Virus record (IMG/VR): IMGVR_UViG_3300031951_021456
Coordinates: 1 to 64,000 of that record
Direction: 5' to 3' (one strand)
DNA length: 64,000 bases
The notes under the pieces were generated by a model, which was given only the letters and a program-made list of their open reading frames with translations, made no database searches and had not been told where the DNA came from. Position numbers and translations under genes: made by a program. Shown in pieces: positions 56,660 through 64,000 of the stretch; positions within the stretch are counted from its first letter, which is position 1, and every line of letters begins with the position of its first letter.

Positions 56660-56935
56660 ATGACAGCAGAACCCCTTTTCGTTTATGAAAATTCTTGGTC
56701 ATCACCACGATTTCTATTCAAACAAAACATTGGTGACTTTGTTGGTGCTACTTCTTTAAGTATCAATCTTGATGAGTTTACTGAAAATAAAACATTTTTC
56801 GGAAGATCTGGAAGTTTTAAAGTAAGTGGAGATTACTCAAATGTAAAGAGATTTGGTCAACTTCTTGAACGAGAATATGGTAAATATCTTTCGCTTGAAG
56901 CTGACTGGCCCTACTACGATTCACTTGTTTATTAA
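56660..56935 (+). CDS. Hypothetical protein
   Basis: ORF behind promoter. Confidence 0.65.
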   Translation: MTAEPLFVYENSWSSPRFLFKQNIGDFVGATSLSINLDEFTENKTFFGRSGSFKVSGDYSNVKRFGQLLEREYGKYLSLEADWPYYDSLVY

Positions 56936-56945
56936 TTTTTAGAAC

Positions 56946-57644
56946 ATGTTCATCTCATTTGCTCTAGCGCACACCCTTAGCACTGCACCAGTACAAATTC
57001 CATTTCTTGTCACTGAGCCTGTAACAATTGCTCGTAGTTATGGGAGCCGCTCTAGTTCTTTTCGCTCTAGTTCTTTTCGCTCAAGTTATTCTGCACCATC
57101 TCGTATTCGTGTAAACTCTACATCTGTTCAAAGGGTTTCACCTCCAAGGACAATTAATATCTCTAAACCAGCCAATTCATCTTTAACACCAAAACTTGGG
57201 CCAACTCTACAGAAAACAACCTTGAAAAGGTTGGCAGATAAAAATGGGATGGTTCCAATTACTAAATCTGCTCCACCAAAACCAGTTCTAGTTTCGGCAC
57301 CAAAAACAACTCCACCTAAAACTATTATTTCTGCTCCTCGTCCAAAAAATACAATTGCTGCACCATCAACCTCAAGGTATTATCCACAGCCATCAAATTC
57401 ACCAGTAATTATTCATCAAGATTCATCATTTTCAAATCCTTGGATGTGGATGTATCTTATGGATAACCGAAACCAAGCTCCTCAAATTTCAACAAATGCT
57501 GCACTTAGAAATTTGAATGGTGATACTGTCAGCACCAAAATTGTGACACGGGAAGAGAGAAATCCACTTAAGGATTTTCTTCTTATTTCTCTTGGTCTTG
57601 GTTGTGGTATTCCTGTTGGGTATCTTTTCTTAAACAAAAAATGA
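56946..57644 (+). CDS. Low-complexity Ser/Pro/Thr-rich membrane-anchored protein
   Basis: Hydrophobic N-terminus, RSSSF repeats, WMWMYL, C-terminal TM helix. Confidence 0.7.
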   Translation: MFISFALAHTLSTAPVQIPFLVTEPVTIARSYGSRSSSFRSSSFRSSYSAPSRIRVNSTSVQRVSPPRTINISKPANSSLTPKLGPTLQKTTLKRLADKNGMVPITKSAPPKPVLVSAPKTTPPKTIISAPRPKNTIAAPSTSRYYPQPSNSPVIIHQDSSFSNPWMWMYLMDNRNQAPQISTNAALRNLNGDTVSTKIVTREERNPLKDFLLISLGLGCGIPVGYLFLNKK

Positions 57645-57665
57645 AAACTCCAGAATGATTCATAT

Positions 57666-57684
57666 GGCTCATAACTGAGCCTTT
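57666..57684 (+). terminator. Short hairpin before tRNA-Leu
   Basis: GGCTCA-TAAC-TGAGCC-TTT. Confidence 0.45.
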
Positions 57685-57687
57685 AAC

Positions 57688-57771
57688 CGGCCTCTGATGG
57701 AATAGGTAGACATAGTGGACTTAAAATCCCCTGTCCGTAAGGGCGTAAGAGTTCGAGTCTCTTGGGGCCGA
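57688..57771 (+). tRNA. tRNA-Leu(TAA)
   Basis: CGGCCTC/GGGGCCG acceptor, CTTAAAA anticodon loop, long variable arm, AAGAG-TTCGAGT-CTCTT T arm. Confidence 0.9.
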
Positions 57772-57859
57772 TTTAAACGATAAAGAATCCTTATCAAAAA
57801 CACCTTGACAGTTCAAACCACTTCGGTTATCGTTAAATCAACCAAGCAAATGAGCCTCA

Positions 57860-58222
57860 ATGAACTTAATCAATTTGATTATAGAAGGAATCCCAACAAA
57901 AAATGACCATACCTTAAAGGTGAATAAGCCACTACTAATTTTTAAAATTGCAATTCAAGCTCCATTTCAGATCTTTAACATACTTTCTAGTCAAATTGCT
58001 TTCCTTAGTGCCAAAGGAATTGATTTTCTATACATTGTTATACGAAAACCACACATTAGTACAATTGTATTTTCCAGTCTTCTGGGAGCTTTAAATCTTC
58101 TTTTTGATCAAATTTCTGAAATTTGTAGAAAATTGATTCAAGCAATTGATTTCATTTTCCCAAAATACTATCACTACATTCAATTATCATCCAAAGAGCA
58201 AGAAACAAATGAACATTCTTAG
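57860..58222 (+). CDS. Hydrophobic hypothetical protein
   Basis: ORF behind TTGACA promoter (~57805). Confidence 0.6.
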   Translation: MNLINLIIEGIPTKNDHTLKVNKPLLIFKIAIQAPFQIFNILSSQIAFLSAKGIDFLYIVIRKPHISTIVFSSLLGALNLLFDQISEICRKLIQAIDFIFPKYYHYIQLSSKEQETNEHS

Positions 58223-58445
58223 AGCCTGGATCTTAAAACTTAATAGAGCAGATCGTAATGCAACTGTAAACTGGTTAAACATAATCATTCGGTTATTGAT
58301 TATCTCTATTATTCTTTTCCCCAGTGCATTACTCATAATCTTAGTTGAGATTATTAATAAGGTTTTAAATGGAATTTATGATAAAACTTATAATTTTATT
58401 GATATGTGGTTCCCACCAGTAAAATATACAAAAATTACCAAGTAA
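58209..58445 (+). CDS. Small membrane protein
   Basis: TM helix; ATG at 58209. Confidence 0.55.
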   Translation: MNILRAWILKLNRADRNATVNWLNIIIRLLIISIILFPSALLIILVEIINKVLNGIYDKTYNFIDMWFPPVKYTKITK

Positions 58446-58477
58446 TCAAACCCAACCAATCAACCAATCAAAGAACA

Positions 58478-58708
58478 ATGGCATTCAAAGTTTCGTTTAC
58501 CACTAAAACCAAAAAAATCACCATTTACCCACATTGGCTCATTCTTGAAATTTGTATTGCGGTTCCACTGATTATTATTGGTGTATTGGTTTTAATTGGC
58601 TATGGCTTATTTGCCACTCTTCTATTTGCTATTAACAAGATGATTGATACAGTTCAATATCTTATCCCATCTGGAATTAACGTAAGCGATAGAGAGCAAA
58701 ATAAATAA
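58478..58708 (+). CDS. Small membrane protein
   Basis: TM helices; ATG at 58478. Confidence 0.55.
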   Translation: MAFKVSFTTKTKKITIYPHWLILEICIAVPLIIIGVLVLIGYGLFATLLFAINKMIDTVQYLIPSGINVSDREQNK

Positions 58709-58727
58709 TTTCAGTTGCAATGATAAA

Positions 58728-59006
58728 ATGGACTACACCATCACAACTTGTTTTAGATGGTTACTGTTCCCAAAAAATAAAAAGGAGATCGTAAAAATCT
58801 ACAAGATTGAAGGATTTCCTTTTTCATTTGACCGTCTTCCTGAACTAGCAAGAAATGAACCTGAAATAATCAGCGAAGCTAATGAAAAAATGGCAATAAG
58901 AATTGAACAAATGTCTAGGTGGTCTAATTATCTAATAGCAGAAGAAGCACATCCATTTTTCTTTGATTTGAAACTAAAAAATCCAGAAGAACTTCCAACT
59001 ATTTAA
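58728..59006 (+). CDS. Cyanophage-type hypothetical protein
   Basis: IVK.Y.I.G.PF.FD.L...S.YLI.EE.HP. Confidence 0.7.
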   Translation: MDYTITTCFRWLLFPKNKKEIVKIYKIEGFPFSFDRLPELARNEPEIISEANEKMAIRIEQMSRWSNYLIAEEAHPFFFDLKLKNPEELPTI

Positions 59007-59016
59007 ATACTCATTC

Positions 59017-59047
59017 ATAAATAGTGCATAAGTTATTTTATGCACTA
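59017..59047 (+). promoter_or_regulatory. Late promoter and leader hairpin of the tail-fibre gene
   Basis: ATAAATA then TAGTGCATAA-GTTATT-TTATGCACTA just before ATG 59051. Confidence 0.65.
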
Positions 59048-59050
59048 AGA

Positions 59051-62000
59051 ATGGGGTTATCAAGACTTAGCCAACTGTTATCAAATATAACCGGAAGAAC
59101 TTTATATGTAAACCCTGATTCAATAGATGCAACAGATTCTATTGAAAATCGTGGCAATTCTCCAACAAGACCTTTTAATGGTCTAAACCGTGCAATCGCA
59201 GAAGCTGTAAGATTCTCATATCAAACTGGACCAAATAATGATAGATTTGCTAGATGCACCATTATTCTTTCCCCTGGTTATCATAGAGTAACTAATCGCC
59301 CTGGATGGATTCCAGATGGTTCAAATAATTTCATATTAAGAAACGGAACAACTTCAAGTAATTTCTCTCAATGGGATATTAATACTAATTTTGATTTTAA
59401 TTCAAGCAATAATGCACTCTATAAATTAAATTCAATACATGGTGGAATTTTTCTACCTCGTGGTGTTAGCATTATTGGTCAAGATTATAGAAAAACTATA
59501 ATTGTTCCAGATTATATTCCAAATCCTGAAAATGATTTAATTGAAAGATGTGGAGTTTTTCTTCTTACTGGTCAGAACTTTATTAATGAAATAACCATTG
59601 AAGACCCTTCAGAGAGTGTTTATATTGATTACACAAATAATAGATATTCTCCAAAATTTTCACAACATAAATTAACAAACTTTGAAATGGCAGATGGTGT
59701 AAATCCAGTTGCCATAAATGATGGAATTATTGAATATTCATCTACTAGAACCGATCTTCAAATGTATTATGAGAAGATCGGTCTAGTTTTTGGTGCATCT
59801 TCAGGTAGAGAAATAAAACCAGATTATCCCTCATCTTCAGTTGATATTCAACCAAGAATTGATGAATATAGAATTGTTGGTTCAAGAGGAAAGGAAGTCT
59901 TATTAAGTGCAATACAAGCTGGAAATGGTATTACCGCCACAACCACAATTACTGCAACTCTCTCAGAGCCTATTAATGATTTAGATGTAAATACTCCAAT
60001 TAGAGTTCAAGGTGTTCCAGTTTCTGGATATGACGGCCAATTTATAATTAAACAAATCATTAGTCCAACTCAAGTAGTTTATGAAGTTTCAGTTGCTCCA
60101 ATAGTTGCAAATCCATCTTTAGCTTCATCAACTGCAACTTTAAATATTTCTGTTGATACTATCACATCTTCTTCGCCTTATCTTTTTAATCTAGCAAGTA
60201 AAACTGTTTGGGGGAGAAATGGCCTTGATGTTGATGGCTCTAAAATTTCTGGCTTTAAGTCAGTTGTAGTAGCTCAATTTACTGGAATTGGCCTACAAAA
60301 AGATCCCAAAGCATTTGTAAAATATAATACAGCTTCTGGAATTTTTGAAGATTTTTCTGCTTCAGGTAACGAAAATATTCAAACATCTAGTAGAGCATAT
60401 TATAAACCCTCTTATGAAAACTTTCATATTAAGGCGAGTAATGATGGTTATGTTCAAGTAGTTTCAGTATTTGCTATCGGTTATGCCCATCAATTTTTAT
60501 CAGAAAGTGGTGCAGATCAATCCATCAATGCTTCAAACTCTAATTTTGGTTCAAAAGCCTTAGTTTCTCGTGGATTTAGAAGTTCAGCATTTGTTCGTGA
60601 TGATGTTGGTTATATTACACACATTATTCCACCGAAAGAAATTAAAACTACTGAAAATGCAATCACATACGATTCAATTGATGTTGGCATTACAACCTCA
60701 GTTGGACTAGCATCTCGCTTGTATTTTTATAATAAAAAATCTCTCGCTTCTCCCCCAGATTCTGTCATTGAAGGATTTAGAATTGGTGCAAACCCTTATG
60801 ATTCATTAAGAGTTGTTATTAATTCTAGAGAATATTTTTCAACAATTGTGATGCCAAACTCGGCTAAAACGGGTGAAAAATCATATTCTGTTGGTAGAAG
60901 TAATGCTGGAATCAATAGTATCACTTCAGATACATTTACATTAACTGAAACTCATACATTTGTATCTGGGGAATCTGTAAGAGTTATTAGTGAAACTGGG
61001 CAACTTCCAAATAGTCTAAATTCTGGATTGTATTATGTCATTACTACTGGTAATCCAAATGAAATTAAACTTGCTCAAACCTTCACAGATGCCTTAACAG
61101 GAACAGAACTGTCTGTGAGCCCCTCTGGGGGGCCTCTGAGCATCGTTAGTCGGGTCTCAGACAAAGTGGCCGGAGAAATTGGACATCCTATTCAATTTGA
61201 TCCTAATAATGGTTGGTATATCACTGTAGCAGTTTCTTTTGATAATCTTTTAAATAGCATCTATTATAGTTTGAATACAGTTTCAAGAATAGCGACTCAA
61301 AGAACATATTTTTATCGTAGAAATGACAATCGTAGTTTGGGTGATACAATATATAAGCTTCGTTATGTTATTCCATCATCTGTTGATGCGGCTAGACCTC
61401 CTCTTGACGGCTATATTATTCAAGAGACTAATAGTACAATTGGCAAATCAAATACTGAAGTTGAGTCACAATTTAATCCATCAACAACTACATTAAATTC
61501 AACATTCCAACTAAGAAACCAAAAGTTGATTGCCAATGCAAGTTGGTCAGCAAATACTGCAACTTTTGAATGTGAAGTTTCTCATAAACTCTCCATTGGT
61601 TCTGAAGTTGAAATAAAAAATGTAAAGAGCACTAATAATACAACTAGCCTAGATAACTTAGGTTATAATGGAACATTCATTGTTACTGAGATTGTTAATG
61701 GAAAAATATTCAAAGTCATCCTTGAAACTAATCCTGGAACATTTACAAACAACACATCACAAAGAACCGTAGATTCACCTTATTTTATAAGAAAAAAATA
61801 TAATAATATCTTCTACATTTATAAAGTTGAAGAGACTAAAAAACATATTCCCGGTGTTCAAGATGGAGTTTATTATCTTACTATACTGAATTCGTCAAAT
61901 TATCCTGCAGTAGAACCCTTTAGGAATAAAGGATATTCTCAACCAATTCAAAATCTTTATCCTCAGAAGAATAGGGACAATCCAATTTCTGATCCAAAGG

Positions 62001-64000
62001 AAACGGCTTGTTATACTCTTCCTGATCCTCTTGGGCAGGTTGTTGTAAATAATCCACAATACTCACTCACAAAAGAAACTTTACAAAGAGTTTTTCTTGA
62101 GAATGCTATTGGTATTGGTGTCACAAATATCATTTCAAATAGTGCTGGAACCGCTCACACAATTTATACCACATTAGATCATGGACTTGATCCAATTACT
62201 TCAGTTTCAATTACGTCTCCTGGAAATGGTTATGGAATTGGATCTGGGAGTAATGAAACTTACTATAATGCTAAATTAGTTAATATTTCTTCATCCGGTG
62301 AAAATGCAACAGCGAGTATTATTGTAAATTCAAGTGGATCTATCTCTAGTATTCGTATTATGGATGGTGGCAGCAATTATAATGTTGGAGATAGATTAAG
62401 TGTGGTTGGAATTGCAACGACAACTGGATATACAGTTGGAATTGTAAGTGTTGCATCAATTTATAGTCATGTTGGAGAAACAATAAAGGTCAATAAAACT
62501 TTAGACCGATACAATACCAGTTATAGAATTACTGGAATTACAAGTAGTAGAGCGATTCAAGTAAGTTCTGCCTCTTCAATAATCTCTCCATCTATATCTG
62601 GAATTGGAAGTGTTTCAATTGGACAATGTTATGCTGAATTGACCGGAAAAGCCATTGCAATCTCATCAGTCGTCCATTCATCTGGAATTGCAACTATAAC
62701 AACAATTGATTCACATGATTTATACGTTGACAATAAAATTCTTTTTGGTGGATTTACTGAAAGTCCATTTAATAGAGAGTTTTTAGTGAATGGTGTTGTT
62801 GGTCTCAATACATTTACAGTAGCTACAGGTAGTACAAATATTTCTGTATCTTTCACTCAAACTCCATATGCCTATAGACAAGGTGCAGCTTCTAATGGTG
62901 GCTCTTATACTAATGACAATGAAGGTTTAAGAACTAGAATGATTCCTTTATATTCTGGAATCACTACAACTTTATCTGGAAACATTAATTCCACTATAAC
63001 TACAATTAATGTTTCAAATGCAGTTAATTGTGGTCTAAAAATTGGAGACTATTTACAAATTGATGAAGAATTTGTAAGAATTTCAACAACAGTTGTTTCC
63101 AATACCCTTACTGTTTTTCGTGGGGTTTTGGGTTCAAGAAGTTCTTCACATTCTTCTGGAGCTATTGTTTATAAGATTGGCATTGTTCCCATTGAACTTA
63201 GACGCAACTCTTTACTTCGGGCAAGTGCACATACATTTGAATATAATGGCTTTGGATCTGGAAATTATTCATCAGCTCTACCAGATAGACAAGATAGAAC
63301 CTTATCCCAACAGGAAGAATTATTAGCACAATCAACCAAAGAAAATGGCGGCATCGTTGTTTTTTCTGGGATGAATGCAAATGGTAGTTTTTATGTTGGA
63401 AATAAAAAAGTTAATTCTGCAACTGGAACCGAAGAAATTTTTGAGACTCCAATACCTACTATTACTGGCGAAGATGTCAGTACATTAAGTGGTTACAATA
63501 ATGTAAATACATTTGAAGCGACTATTAATCGCTCTCTGTTTGTTGAAGGTGGGGCTAACAAAAATCTTATTTCACAATTTGATGGACCCGTTGTTTTTAA
63601 TAATAAAATAGTTTCAAATTCTGAAAGAGGATTTGAAGCATCTTCAATGCTATTATATGGTCAAGGATTAACACCAAGAAATTATACAATTGGTTCATCT
63701 GAACCGAAATTATCTGGAAATCCTGGTGATGTTCAATATAATTCAGAGCCAATAAGTGGTGGATTTTTAGGTTGGGTCTATACCACAAATAATCGTTGGG
63801 AAAAATTTGGAAAAATCGGAAGCAGTGGATTATCTGTTGATAATAGTGTCGGAGTTTCTAGTAATGGCTCTTTTGTTGGACTTTCAACTCTTATTGACTT
63901 TAAGACAAGTGGAATTGTTCTGACTTCTTCATATGATTCAGTAAGCGGGATTACAACATTAAATTTTTCTGGTGCTTCACCTTTAGGTAATAGTATTGGT
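59051..64000 (+). CDS. Large tail-fibre / virion structural protein, runs off window end (absent from ORF track)
   Basis: MGLSRLSQLLSNITGRTLYVNPDSIDATDSIENRGNSPTRPF N-terminus typical of T4-like cyanophage fibres; same frame is open at the window end. Confidence 0.85.
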   Translation, partial: MGLSRLSQLLSNITGRTLYVNPDSIDATDSIENRGNSPTRPFNGLNRAIAEAVRFSYQTGPNNDRFARCTIILSPGYHRVTNRPGWIPDGSNNFILRNGTTSSNFSQWDINTNFDFNSSNNALYKLNSIHGGIFLPRGVSIIGQDYRKTIIVPDYIPNPENDLIERCGVFLLTGQNFINEITIEDPSESVYIDYTNNRYSPKFSQHKLTNFEMADGVNPVAINDGIIEYSSTRTDLQMYYEKIGLVFGASSGREIKPDYPSSSVDIQPRIDEYRIVGSRGKEVLLSAIQAGNGITATTTITATLSEPINDLDVNTPIRVQGVPVSGYDGQFIIKQIISPTQVVYEVSVAPIVANPSLASSTATLNISVDTITSSSPYLFNLASKTVWGRNGLDVDGSKISGFKSVVVAQFTGIGLQKDPKAFVKYNTASGIFEDFSASGNENIQTSSRAYYKPSYENFHIKASNDGYVQVVSVFAIGYAHQFLSESGADQSINASNSNFGSKALVSRGFRSSAFVRDDVGYITHIIPPKEIKTTENAITYDSIDVGITTSVGLASRLYFYNKKSLASPPDSVIEGFRIGANPYDSLRVVINSREYFSTIVMPNSAKTGEKSYSVGRSNAGINSITSDTFTLTETHTFVSGESVRVISETGQLPNSLNSGLYYVITTGNPNEIKLAQTFTDALTGTELSVSPSGGPLSIVSRVSDKVAGEIGHPIQFDPNNGWYITVAVSFDNLLNSIYYSLNTVSRIATQRTYFYRRNDNRSLGDTIYKLRYVIPSSVDAARPPLDGYIIQETNSTIGKSNTEVESQFNPSTTTLNSTFQLRNQKLIANASWSANTATFECEVSHKLSIGSEVEIKNVKSTNNTTSLDNLGYNGTFIVTEIVNGKIFKVILETNPGTFTNNTSQRTVDSPYFIRKKYNNIFYIYKVEETKKHIPGVQDGVYYLTILNSSNYPAVEPFRNKGYSQPIQNLYPQKNRDNPISDPKETACYTLPDPLGQVVVNNPQYSLTKETLQRVFLENAIGIGVTNIISNSAGTAHTIYTTLDHGLDPITSVSITSPGNGYGIGSGSNETYYNAKLVNISSSGENATASIIVNSSGSISSIRIMDGGSNYNVGDRLSVVGIATTTGYTVGIVSVASIYSHVGETIKVNKTLDRYNTSYRITGITSSRAIQVSSASSIISPSISGIGSVSIGQCYAELTGKAIAISSVVHSSGIATITTIDSHDLYVDNKILFGGFTESPFNREFLVNGVVGLNTFTVATGSTNISVSFTQTPYAYRQGAASNGGSYTNDNEGLRTRMIPLYSGITTTLSGNINSTITTINVSNAVNCGLKIGDYLQIDEEFVRISTTVVSNTLTVFRGVLGSRSSSHSSGAIVYKIGIVPIELRRNSLLRASAHTFEYNGFGSGNYSSALPDRQDRTLSQQEELLAQSTKENGGIVVFSGMNANGSFYVGNKKVNSATGTEEIFETPIPTITGEDVSTLSGYNNVNTFEATINRSLFVEGGANKNLISQFDGPVVFNNKIVSNSERGFEASSMLLYGQGLTPRNYTIGSSEPKLSGNPGDVQYNSEPISGGFLGWVYTTNNRWEKFGKIGSSGLSVDNSVGVSSNGSFVGLSTLIDFKTSGIVLTSSYDSVSGITTLNFSGASPLGNSIG

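Noticed and set aside
62629-63788. Short ORFs on either strand near the right end
   Set aside because: Shadows of the long plus-strand fibre gene starting at 59051
1-64000. Alternative genetic code or stop-codon reassignment
   Set aside because: Core genes are full length under the standard code and no suppressor tRNA was seen

Overview
AT-rich segment of a large T4-like myovirus, most similar in gene content and order to T4-like cyanophages (thyX-phoH-exonuclease-gp33-gp59-gp32; gp53-gp48-gp2-gp4 | gp54/19-gp26-gp51-hub/tape measure-gp27-gp5; a large tail-fibre-type gene running off the right end). Accessory content: a nine-gene glycosyl/methyltransferase island, dps, speD, a macro domain, two AAA+ ATPases, a DNA methyltransferase, NAD+ salvage genes (NadM-Nudix and NAMPT) and four tRNAs. 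Best candidate for an undescribed system (1.5-4.5 kb): a DUF2828/vWA (Ro60/TROVE-like) gene surrounded by five copies of a structured RNA element (covarying outer stem plus invariant CAGCA). Four copies enclose an anticodon-like stem-loop and one cargo-less copy abuts the gene's own RBS. A sixth, circularly permuted copy is inserted in the anticodon stem of a tRNA-Pro. Other observations: a 13-member paralog family with a hypervariable core in three tandem arrays, a 22-bp palindrome at fixed spacing upstream of 12 early-type -10 boxes, and a candidate -1 frameshift fusing gp26 to gp51. All calls come from reading the sequence and recalling motifs; no database search was run.
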